Shown here piece by piece: positions 27,240 through 34,974 of a DNA stretch of 64,000 nucleotides (its first letter is position 1; every line of letters starts with the position of its first letter). The notes beneath the pieces were generated by a model that ran no database searches, had not been told where the DNA came from, and saw nothing but the letters and a program-made list of their open reading frames with translations. A program made the translations under genes and the position numbers. Source of the DNA: Eubacteriales bacterium (lineage in GTDB: Bacteria; Bacillota; Clostridia; Oscillospirales; JAAYXM01); the NCBI GenBank assembly GCA_045580305.1, contig JAZNNQ010000035.1, positions 15,437 to 79,436 of the forward strand. The letters run 5' to 3'.

Positions 27240-28490
27240 TTACTTTGTGCTCTCCGTGCCCGGGAAGGACACTATCTGCTCGCCTTTTAAGTTTATTTTA
27301 TAAATCGGGTCATCGCCCATAAGCATAGCACGGTTAATGGCATTGTGCCCGTACTTTTCACGGATTTCATCCATTGTGTTCTCCAATGTAGTCTTTTTAA
27401 GCTTATCATCCGTATCTTCAAAGAGATTTATCTGCAAATCTCCACTGTCTTCGGATAAATTAGACACACGAACACCTAAACTGTGTACCGAAGTGCCCGA
27501 AAATCCCCCGTCAACAAAAAGGGAGAAGGCACATTCCGCAACATTTGCCGAAAGCTTTGTCGCTTCATCAAGTGCACATTGCCGCTCACGCCAGGCAAGT
27601 GACGGATCTCGCACCGCAAGGGTTACCGTACGGCATAAAAGGCCTTGAGCGCGCAACCGCTCACAAACGCTCTCGGACAAAATGTACAGTAATCTGCGAA
27701 TTTCTTCCGCATCATCCACATCTCGTGGAAGGGTTATGCTGTTTCCTATGGATTTTACCGGGTCGCGATGCCCGTAAGCGGATACCGGCGAGTCATCCTC
27801 ACCACGCGCATACTTTGACAGCATAAGACCACCTTTGCCCAGCAGGTTTTCCAAAAATTCCGGCTCCGCTGCTGCAAGCGCGCCGATAGTGGTAATTCCG
27901 CAAGAAGAAAGCCTTTTCTGCGTTGCACGACCTGCATATAAAATCTCGCCGATAGAAAGGGGCCACACTTTTTCTTTGAAATTTTCCCGGGTGATACAGG
28001 TGGTGGCATCCGGCTTTTTCATATCCGAGCCGAGCTTTGCAAACACCTTGTTGAAGCTGACGCCAATCGACACGGTAAGTCCAAGCTCACTCTTTACCGC
28101 TTCGCGGATTTTGTCCGCAATTTGCTCGCCGTTTCCGAAAAGGCGGGTGGAGCCGGTAACATCAAGCCAAGCCTCGTCCAGACCGAAGGGTTCCACCTTA
28201 TCGGTAAAGCGATAATAAATCTCCCTGACCTTTTGAGATATTCTTCTGTATTTTTCAAGATCGGGCGGGATCGCCACCAGATCCGGGCATTTCTGCTCTG
28301 CCTGCCACACGGTGTCCCCTGTTTTTATACCGAGTTTTTTTGCAAGCTGGTTTTTTGCAACCACAACGCCGCGACGCTGTTTAGCATTTCCGCAGATTAT
28401 AACCACACGATTTTTAAGTTCAGGGTTTTCCGCGCACTCAACGGACGCGTAAAAATTATTAAGATCGGAATGTAAAATCACGCGCTCCAT
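27240..28490 (-). CDS. dinB: DNA polymerase IV (Y-family, DinB)
   Basis: MERVILHSDLNNFYASVE..., with LDEAWLDVTG and SIGVSFNKVFAKLGSD motifs typical of Y-family polymerases. Start placed at ATG 28490. Confidence 0.9.
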   Translation of the reverse strand: MERVILHSDLNNFYASVECAENPELKNRVVIICGNAKQRRGVVVAKNQLAKKLGIKTGDTVWQAEQKCPDLVAIPPDLEKYRRISQKVREIYYRFTDKVEPFGLDEAWLDVTGSTRLFGNGEQIADKIREAVKSELGLTVSIGVSFNKVFAKLGSDMKKPDATTCITRENFKEKVWPLSIGEILYAGRATQKRLSSCGITTIGALAAAEPEFLENLLGKGGLMLSKYARGEDDSPVSAYGHRDPVKSIGNSITLPRDVDDAEEIRRLLYILSESVCERLRAQGLLCRTVTLAVRDPSLAWRERQCALDEATKLSANVAECAFSLFVDGGFSGTSVHSLGVRVSNLSEDSGDLQINLFEDTDDKLKKTTLENTMDEIREKYGHNAINRAMLMGDDPIYKINLKGEQIVSFPGTESTK

Positions 28491-28619
28491 ATAGTGCTCA
28501 CCGCCCTTTCTCATTTAATTTTAGCATAGTAAAAAACCTATTGCAACGGTTTTAACAAACCCGCGCCCACATTCATATACTGAGCGTGAGAGCTTAAATT
28601 TATACAGGAGAAATAGCCT

Positions 28620-28847
28620 ATGACTTTTCTTGATACCCTACCCATCGGCAAGACCTGCAGGGTATCTTCCCTACTGTTCGATGATAGCGCGCGCCGCAGA
28701 TTTTTTGACTTAGGCCTTGTCAGCGGCACGGAGATAAAAGCGCTTTTTAAAAGCCCTGCAGGAGACCCCCGCGCCTATCTTATACGCGGCGCTGTTATCG
28801 CCCTCAGAAATACCGATGCCGCAAAAATCGGCATTGAACTTATATAG
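28620..28847 (+). CDS. feoA: Ferrous iron transport protein A (FeoA)
   Basis: 75 aa with an SH3-like FeoA pattern (LGLVSGTEIKALFKSPAGDPRAYLIRGAVIALR), immediately upstream of feoB. Confidence 0.9.
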   Translation: MTFLDTLPIGKTCRVSSLLFDDSARRRFFDLGLVSGTEIKALFKSPAGDPRAYLIRGAVIALRNTDAAKIGIELI

Positions 28848-28859
28848 GAGGAGATTAAT

Positions 28860-30698
28860 ATGACAAGCGAGCACACCCCTCGCGGGGATACATATATAAT
28901 TGCCCTTGCGGGGAATCCCAATGTGGGAAAAAGTACGGTTTTCAACGCCCTCACCGGTCTTAAGCAGCACACGGGCAACTGGTCGGGCAAGACGGTGGCT
29001 TGTGCCGAGGGTTTTTACGAGCACAAAGGCAAGTCCTTTAAAATTATCGACCTGCCCGGCACCTATTCTCTCGTCCCCGCCTCTTTGGAAGAGGAGGTGG
29101 CGCGGGATTTTTTGTGTAATGAAAATCCCGACATTACGCTCATCACCGCCGATGCCACCTGTCTCGAGCGAAATTTAAACCTTGTCTTACAGGTTATTGC
29201 GTTGGGCAAGCCAACGGTTTTATGTGTAAACCTTATGGACGAGGCGAAAAAGAAGGGAATATACATCGACCTTGAAAGATTGGAAGCCTTTTTGGGCATT
29301 CCGGTGATTGGTACCGAGGCGCGGCGAGGCAAAGGGCTTTCCGAACTCAAGGATTTACTCTGTAAAATTGCCGACGGAAAGTCATCCCCTCACCTTGAAA
29401 TCGACATAACCGATGTCGATACAATATATAAACGGGCAGAAGAGATATGCCGTGGCTGCATTGACATCCTCCCGCTTCCCCGCCGCAATTTGGACTTTAA
29501 GATAGATAAAATACTTACCTCCAAAGCATTTGGTATTCCTATAATGCTCTTACTTTTCGGCGGCATTCTGTGGCTCACCGTAGTTGGGGCAGGCTACCCG
29601 TCGGAACTTTTATCGAGCCTGCTTTTTACACTTCAGGATAAGCTGAGTGCTGTTTTTATGACGCTGAATCCACCGCTTTGGCTCCACGATATGCTGATCC
29701 TTGGAATATATCGCACTGTGGCATGGGTAGTGGCGGTAATGCTTCCGCCTATGGCAATTTTCTTCCCGCTGTTTACCCTGCTTGAGGATTTGGGACTACT
29801 TCCCCGCATCGCCTTTAATCTGGATAAATATTTCAGATGTGCAGGTGCACACGGAAAGCAGTCACTCACTATGTGTATGGGCCTTGGCTGTAACGCCTGC
29901 GGTGTCACCGGTTGTCGCATAATCGACTCGCCCCGCGAGCGCGCCATTGCGATCTTAACCAATAATTTCGTGCCCTGCAACGGGCGTTTTCCCACCCTCA
30001 TTGCCATAATTGCTATGTTCTTTTCCTTCGGTGGAAGTTTTACTCAGGCCGCCCTATTGCTTCTGCTTATCGTTTTTAGTGTTTTCATTACCCTGGGTGT
30101 CTCAAAAGCGCTGTCAAAAACCATCCTTTCGGGACTTCCCTCCTCATTTACATTAGAGCTTCCGCCCTATCGCGTGCCACAATTTGGCAAGGTTATTGTG
30201 CGCTCTGTATTTGACCGCACGCTGTTCGTGTTGGGCCGCGCCCTATCAGTTGCCGTACCTGCCGGTTTTGTTATATGGTGCCTTTCAAATATAAATGTAA
30301 GTGGTGTGTCCATTTTTAAAATTTGTACGGATTTTTTAGACCCCGCAGCGCGCATTTTCGGCCTTGACGGCACGATTTTACTGGCTTTCATCTTGGCACT
30401 TCCCGCAAATGAGATTTTCTTCCCGATAATTTTAATGGGGTATCTCTCGGGCACATTGCTGGCAGACTTTTCCTCCCTCAGCGCCTTCCGCGAAATTTTA
30501 ATTGCAAACGGTTGGACATATGTGACCGCTTTGTGTACTCTGATTTTTACACTTGTACACTTCCCCTGTGCCACTACCATCCTTACCATCAAAAAAGAAA
30601 CAAAGAGTGTTAAATTAACACTCCTTGCGATAATCCTACCCACCCTGTGCGGACTTGTGCTATGCGGTTTTATAAATTTAATATCAAAAATAATATAA
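28860..30698 (+). CDS. feoB: Ferrous iron transporter FeoB
   Basis: 612 aa with an N-terminal G-domain (IALAGNPNVGKSTVFNALTG, DLPGTYSL) followed by a polytopic permease domain. Confidence 0.93.
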   Translation: MTSEHTPRGDTYIIALAGNPNVGKSTVFNALTGLKQHTGNWSGKTVACAEGFYEHKGKSFKIIDLPGTYSLVPASLEEEVARDFLCNENPDITLITADATCLERNLNLVLQVIALGKPTVLCVNLMDEAKKKGIYIDLERLEAFLGIPVIGTEARRGKGLSELKDLLCKIADGKSSPHLEIDITDVDTIYKRAEEICRGCIDILPLPRRNLDFKIDKILTSKAFGIPIMLLLFGGILWLTVVGAGYPSELLSSLLFTLQDKLSAVFMTLNPPLWLHDMLILGIYRTVAWVVAVMLPPMAIFFPLFTLLEDLGLLPRIAFNLDKYFRCAGAHGKQSLTMCMGLGCNACGVTGCRIIDSPRERAIAILTNNFVPCNGRFPTLIAIIAMFFSFGGSFTQAALLLLLIVFSVFITLGVSKALSKTILSGLPSSFTLELPPYRVPQFGKVIVRSVFDRTLFVLGRALSVAVPAGFVIWCLSNINVSGVSIFKICTDFLDPAARIFGLDGTILLAFILALPANEIFFPIILMGYLSGTLLADFSSLSAFREILIANGWTYVTALCTLIFTLVHFPCATTILTIKKETKSVKLTLLAIILPTLCGLVLCGFINLISKII

Positions 30699-30699
30699 A

Positions 30700-30724
30700 A
30701 GAGAGGTGTCCGAGACACCTCTCT
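30700..30724. terminator. Bidirectional terminator between feoB and the convergent membrane-protein gene
   Basis: Hairpin agagaggtgtc-cga-gacacctctct, flanked by an A-run and a T-run. Confidence 0.85.
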
Positions 30725-30725
30725 T

Positions 30726-31418
30726 TTAGTGCATTGTAAATGTCATTATCACACAGGCAAGCATTCCCACCGCAAGTACAATTCTTCCTACTTTCTGACC
30801 GAAATAATAGAAATCGCTCGGCTCGCCGCCTATCGTGTCAAGTCCGTGCCGGATAAACCAGAAAAGCTGCGGAAATTTAATATCCAAAAACAGAACGACC
30901 GCAAAAAGCAGGATTATAAATATCATGGCAGGCTCTCCTCGGGTGTCTAAATCTTCCGCCACCGCCCAATTATACAGCATTGTGCGGTTTGGCAAAAGTT
31001 CCTCCTCCGCGGGAGTTGTCCCGTAATGGTTTATTACCACATCAAGAAGTTCTTCACTTTCATCAAGCAGTATCCATCCGTCACCTGAACGGAAAGCATC
31101 ACCATCAAAGATAATCTCGCCGTTTTGTAAGACCTGTGCCTTACCCTTTCCGTCGTACTTTAGCTGATAGTAAAATTTCTTATCATTCAAAGAAAAATCA
31201 ATATCCGTGCCGTACTCTTTGGGGGTAATCGTCATTTTATAGTCAGCATAAGCGTCCGAGCCTATAAAACTGCCGTCCTCTTGACGATATAGGAAAGCAT
31301 CCCCGTGCCACAAGCCGGGTAAGAGCATTGCCCAAAGATAGATTACAAAAAGGCAGACGGCAATTATTGCGCCGCCTGCCGTAAAGACTTTCTTGTATTT
31401 CTTAAACACACTTATCAT
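30726..31418 (-). CDS. Hypothetical membrane protein (N-terminal TM, soluble middle, two C-terminal TM segments)
   Basis: 230-aa ORF, 3 nt downstream of the wecC stop. Hydrophobic segments are AIIAVCLFVIYLWAMLLPGL, AMIFIILLFAVVLFL and IVLAVGMLACVIMTF. I recognise no family. Confidence 0.5.
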   Translation of the reverse strand: MISVFKKYKKVFTAGGAIIAVCLFVIYLWAMLLPGLWHGDAFLYRQEDGSFIGSDAYADYKMTITPKEYGTDIDFSLNDKKFYYQLKYDGKGKAQVLQNGEIIFDGDAFRSGDGWILLDESEELLDVVINHYGTTPAEEELLPNRTMLYNWAVAEDLDTRGEPAMIFIILLFAVVLFLDIKFPQLFWFIRHGLDTIGGEPSDFYYFGQKVGRIVLAVGMLACVIMTFTMH

Positions 31419-31421
31419 CCC

Positions 31422-32642
31422 TTACAGACGGTATGTGCCGGGAAGGTCAATTACCTTACGAGTATCAAATACAACCTTTCCGGAAAGTTTCTGCATATTT
31501 TCCTTAATCTCGTTGTGATTTACCATAACAACGACCATATCAACATCATTTAAGAACTTATCCAGATCGTGATACTGATTAGGTACGATATCATTCTCAA
31601 CAAAGGGGTCATAAGTCTTAAGTGGCGGTGCTAAGTGGCGCGCCTGACTCTCAAGAAGTTGAAGTGTGGGTGACTCGCGGCAGTCGTCTACATTTTCCTT
31701 ATAGGTAAGGCCGTAAAGACCAACGCGGGTAATGTCGGTAATTCCGTTTTCCTTCATAATTTCGTGAATACGGTTGAGCACAAAGTCGGGCATACCGTCG
31801 TTTATATGCATTGACTGATTTGTAAGAAGTGCAAGGCTGGGATAGTCACCAACTAAGAACCAGGGGTCAACGCTGATACAATGTCCACCAACGCCGGGGC
31901 CGGGCTGGAGAATATTAACACGGGGGTGCATATTACAGATTTTGATTATCTCATATACATCCATATCATCCTGACGGCAAATTTTTGCAAGCTCGTTTGC
32001 AAAAGCGATATTTACCGCGCGGAAGGTGTTCTCAACAACCTTGGTCATCTCAGCTGTGCGGATGTCGGTAACAACGATTTCACCTAAGCAGAATGAAGAA
32101 TAAAGCTCTTTAATCTTCTCGCCAATTGCCTTATCGTCAGCACCGATGGTACGGTTGTTGTGTAAGAGCTCGTACACCATATTGCCGGGAATAATACGCT
32201 CCGGCGCGTGTACAAGATTAATATCCTCGCCGATCTTAAAGCCATTTTCCTCGATTACCGGGCGGACAAATTTATCAATTGTGCCCGGAGAAACCGTAGA
32301 CTCAATAACAACGGTAGCGCCCTTGGGACAAACATCCATAACGCTCTTGACCGCACTCACCACATAGCACGCGTCGATCTTCTTGCTGAACGCATCATAG
32401 GGGGTGGGCACGGAAACGATATAAACATCGGTTACCTGATAGTCATTGGTAAACTTAATGCCGCCCTTTAAGGCATCGGCAAAAAGCTCGTCCAGGCCAT
32501 CCTCCTTAAAGGTGGTCTTGCCTGCATTAAGGGTAGCAACAAGCTCCTTATTATAATCCGTTCCCACAACCTCAACGCCGTGTGATGCCAGCATAAGCGC
32601 CGTGGGAAGGCCGATATATCCTAAACCTATTACATTTACCAT
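31422..32642 (-). CDS. wecC: UDP-N-acetyl-D-mannosamine dehydrogenase-like nucleotide-sugar dehydrogenase (WecC/Cap5O type)
   Basis: 406 aa with NAD-binding VIGLGYIGLPTALMLA, the catalytic-region GPGVGGHCISVDP and a UDP-sugar dehydrogenase C-terminal domain. The exact substrate is inferred only from N-terminal similarity to WecC-type enzymes. Confidence 0.75.
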   Translation of the reverse strand: MVNVIGLGYIGLPTALMLASHGVEVVGTDYNKELVATLNAGKTTFKEDGLDELFADALKGGIKFTNDYQVTDVYIVSVPTPYDAFSKKIDACYVVSAVKSVMDVCPKGATVVIESTVSPGTIDKFVRPVIEENGFKIGEDINLVHAPERIIPGNMVYELLHNNRTIGADDKAIGEKIKELYSSFCLGEIVVTDIRTAEMTKVVENTFRAVNIAFANELAKICRQDDMDVYEIIKICNMHPRVNILQPGPGVGGHCISVDPWFLVGDYPSLALLTNQSMHINDGMPDFVLNRIHEIMKENGITDITRVGLYGLTYKENVDDCRESPTLQLLESQARHLAPPLKTYDPFVENDIVPNQYHDLDKFLNDVDMVVVMVNHNEIKENMQKLSGKVVFDTRKVIDLPGTYRL

Positions 32643-32780
32643 CTTTATACGCTCTCCTTTTTAAGTTCGTACTTTAATTATAATAGCACAGTAAAATTTC
32701 ATTGTCAATTATTGCCGCTCTTGACAGAATTCCCGCTTGAAGGTATGATTATATCAATAAATTAAATGGAGGAAAAAACA

Positions 32781-32987
32781 ATGGATAACACACAGGTTAC
32801 ATTTTTAAACGACGAATTTGAAAATTCCGCGACCGGCGAGAAGGTCGAGGGCATCACGGTTATTGTTGACGGTAAATTCCGTGATATTTTATACGATCTG
32901 CTCGAGAAAAACAGCGAAAAGTATTCTAATGTCACCGAAATCGTAAAGGACGCTATGGTAATCGGTCTTAAGGAAATGATGAACTAA
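32781..32987 (+). CDS. Small acidic hypothetical protein (68 aa)
   Basis: MDNTQVTFLNDEFENSATGEKVEGITVIVDGKFRDILYDLLEKNSEKYSNVTEIVKDAMVIGLKEMMN. ATG 32781 lies 8 nt after GGAGG, and the upstream promoter reads TTGACA-(18)-TATGAT. I recognise no family. Confidence 0.45.
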   Translation: MDNTQVTFLNDEFENSATGEKVEGITVIVDGKFRDILYDLLEKNSEKYSNVTEIVKDAMVIGLKEMMN

Positions 32988-33006
32988 AAAAATTGTCAAA
33001 AAAAGC

Positions 33007-33035
33007 CTTGACTTTACCGCTCTAAAGTGATAAAA
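33007..33035 (+). promoter_or_regulatory. Promoter of the T-box leader
   Basis: TTGACT (33007-33012), a 17-nt spacer, then TAAAAT (33030-33035) with an upstream TG (extended -10). Confidence 0.65.
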
Positions 33036-33041
33036 TGCAAT

Positions 33042-33321
33042 CAGTAAATGCGTTTGAGCAGGAATGAGTAGGCTTGGCAAGCTCTTCAGAGAGCCGTCGG
33101 TTGGTGCAAGACGGTGTGCAACCCAAAACCGAATACCTCTTGCAAGCAGTACACCGAAAGAGTTTTCTTCAGTAGGCTGTACCGGGCGTTCCCGTTATAG
33201 AACCGGGGTGTTATTTGACACTCTCAAAGGCCGCACTTGTGAAAGCGCGGTAAATTGAGGTGGTACCACGGGTTTATACTCGTCCTCTGTATTCTTAACC
33301 GGAATACGGAGGGCGTTTTTT
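33042..33321 (+). ncRNA. T-box riboswitch leader (transcription-attenuation type); candidate specifier UAC (Tyr)
   Basis: Landmarks readable in order:
- AGTA (33067-33070)
- AG bay AGAGAG (33088-33093)
- distal loop GGTTGGTGCAAG
- specifier-loop GAA-TAC-C (33131-33137)
- F-box CCGTTA (33192-33197)
- T-box ATTGAGGTGGTACCACGG (33254-33271)
- terminator cgtcctctgtattc/gaatacggagggcg plus T6 (33281-33321). Confidence 0.88.
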
Positions 33322-33359
33322 ATTCTCCGATATTCCAAAATTATAAGGAGGAAAAACTC

Positions 33360-34910
33360 ATGAATGACACACAACTTTACACGGTCGTAGCTCTTGCCAT
33401 TTACGGAATAGTGATGGCGGCTATAGGATGCATCAGCTACGGCAAAGCCAAGTCCCTTGACGGATTTTTGCTTGGCGGCAGAAACATTGGTGCTTGGGCA
33501 ACCGCTTTTGCATACGGCACTACATATTTCTCTGCCGTTGTATTTGTCGGCTATGCTGGACAGCACGGTTGGAACATCGGTGTGGGCGCTATCTGGATCG
33601 GTATCGGAAACGCCGTTCTCGGTTGTCTGCTCTCCTGGATTTTATTCGCTAACCGCACAAGAAAGATGACAAAGAAGCTTGATGCGAAAACTATGCCGGA
33701 CTTTTTCCACAAGAGATACAATTCAAAGGGAATGAAGATTTTCTCTGCTCTTATCATCTTCATTTTCCTCGTGCCCTACTCCGCTGCGGTTTATAAGGGC
33801 CTCGGTTCACTTTTCAATATGATTTTCCCCGGTGTTGAGACTTGGGTATGGATGCTGCTTATCGCAAGCCTTACCGCGGTTTACCTGGTTGCCGGCGGAT
33901 ATGTTGCTACCGCTTACACCGACCTCGTTCAGGGCGTTATTATGATTGTAGGCGTTCTGTTGCTTGTAGGTGCCGTTTTCAGTCACGAGGCCGTTGGTGG
34001 ATTCTCCGATTTCTTAACGAATCTCAGAAACTTTACTTCACTCCCCGGTGATCCTAACCCAATAACAGGCGACCAGTTGACCAATATTTTTGGTGGCAGT
34101 TCATTTAAGTTCTTATGCTTTAACATTATGCTCACCAGCTTTGGTACCTGGGGTCTCCCCCAGATGGTAGGCAAGTTCTATGCAATTAAGGACACCGCGG
34201 CAATCAAGCGCGGAACTATCATCTCTACCATATTCTGCGTTATCATCGGTTGTGGCGCATACCTTATCGGTAGCACCTCCCGTCTTATCTTAGGCGGACA
34301 GCTTCCCGAAGGCGGTGTTGACTCGGTCATACCCACTCTTCTCAATGTTGTTTTAAGCAACGATGTATTCGGTATGATTCTTCTCGCAATCATCGTTATC
34401 CTTCTTCTCTCCGCTTCCATGTCCACACTGCAGTCGGTAGTTCTTACCTCTGCTTCTGCAGTTGCGGTAGATCTTATCCCCACAGTAAGCAAGAAGCCGG
34501 TTAAACCGAAACGCCAGGTTCTTCTTACCCGCGCATTCTGCCTTTTATTCGTTGCTTGCTCATTTATCTTCGCAACACAGAACATTCCGATTATCGTAAG
34601 CCTTATGTCCTTCTCCTGGGGTGTTGTTTCCGGCTGCTTTATCGGTCCGTACATCTGGGGTCTCTTCTCAAAGAAGATCACCAAAGCAGGTGCTTACGCC
34701 GGTATCCTTTCCGGTCTTCTCACCGTTGGTCTCTCGACACTGGTTATCACACTTACTTCAAGCTTTGCCGATGCGGCTAAGTGTTCACCCGAGATGGGTG
34801 TTGCTGCAATGGCGGTATCCTTCGTTATCGTTCCTTTAGTAAGTGCATTTACCAAGGTTAAAGACAAAGAGCGCGTTGACGAAATCTTCGAGTGCTTAAA
34901 GGAAGAATAA
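33360..34910 (+). CDS. Sodium:solute symporter family (SSF) transporter, substrate unassigned
   Basis: 516 aa from ATG 33360 (AAGGAGG RBS). It is polytopic, with an SSF-like N-terminal region (FLLGGRNIGAWATAFAYGTTYFSAVVFVGYAG). The first 35 codons of the track ORF overlap the T-box terminator and are not coding. Confidence 0.85.
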   Translation: MNDTQLYTVVALAIYGIVMAAIGCISYGKAKSLDGFLLGGRNIGAWATAFAYGTTYFSAVVFVGYAGQHGWNIGVGAIWIGIGNAVLGCLLSWILFANRTRKMTKKLDAKTMPDFFHKRYNSKGMKIFSALIIFIFLVPYSAAVYKGLGSLFNMIFPGVETWVWMLLIASLTAVYLVAGGYVATAYTDLVQGVIMIVGVLLLVGAVFSHEAVGGFSDFLTNLRNFTSLPGDPNPITGDQLTNIFGGSSFKFLCFNIMLTSFGTWGLPQMVGKFYAIKDTAAIKRGTIISTIFCVIIGCGAYLIGSTSRLILGGQLPEGGVDSVIPTLLNVVLSNDVFGMILLAIIVILLLSASMSTLQSVVLTSASAVAVDLIPTVSKKPVKPKRQVLLTRAFCLLFVACSFIFATQNIPIIVSLMSFSWGVVSGCFIGPYIWGLFSKKITKAGAYAGILSGLLTVGLSTLVITLTSSFADAAKCSPEMGVAAMAVSFVIVPLVSAFTKVKDKERVDEIFECLKEE

Positions 34911-34923
34911 AACAAATAAAAAA

Positions 34924-34949
34924 ACGGATGTGGCAATTGCCACAGCCGT
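34924..34949. terminator. Bidirectional terminator between the symporter gene and tkt
   Basis: Hairpin acggatgtggc-aatt-gccacagccgt (one mismatch), flanked by an A-run and a T-run, between convergent genes. Confidence 0.8.
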
Positions 34950-34974
34950 CTTTTTATTTACTCAATGAAAGTGA

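Noticed and set aside
26732-27322. 196-aa plus-strand ORF spanning the CBM9-like gene and the dinB 3' end
   Set aside because: It crosses a gene boundary on the opposite strand, has no RBS and has no family resemblance, so it is a shadow ORF.
28491-28619. Fur box or LexA box in the dinB/feoA divergent region
   Set aside because: I could not find a 19-bp GATAATGATAATCATTATC-like palindrome or a GAAC-N4-GTTC-type Cheo box by eye. No regulatory site is claimed.
30167-30718. 183-aa minus-strand ORF inside feoB
   Set aside because: It lies entirely antisense to the well-supported FeoB permease domain. It has no RBS and a basic, low-complexity composition, so it is a shadow ORF.
33255-33359. N-terminal 35 codons of the track's 551-aa ORF (MRWYHGFILVLCILNRNTEG...)
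   Set aside because: This stretch is the T-box sequence and terminator hairpin of the leader. The RBS-supported start is ATG 33360.
34178-34684. 168-aa minus-strand ORF inside the symporter gene
   Set aside because: It is antisense to a convincing polytopic transporter frame. It has no RBS and no recognisable motifs.
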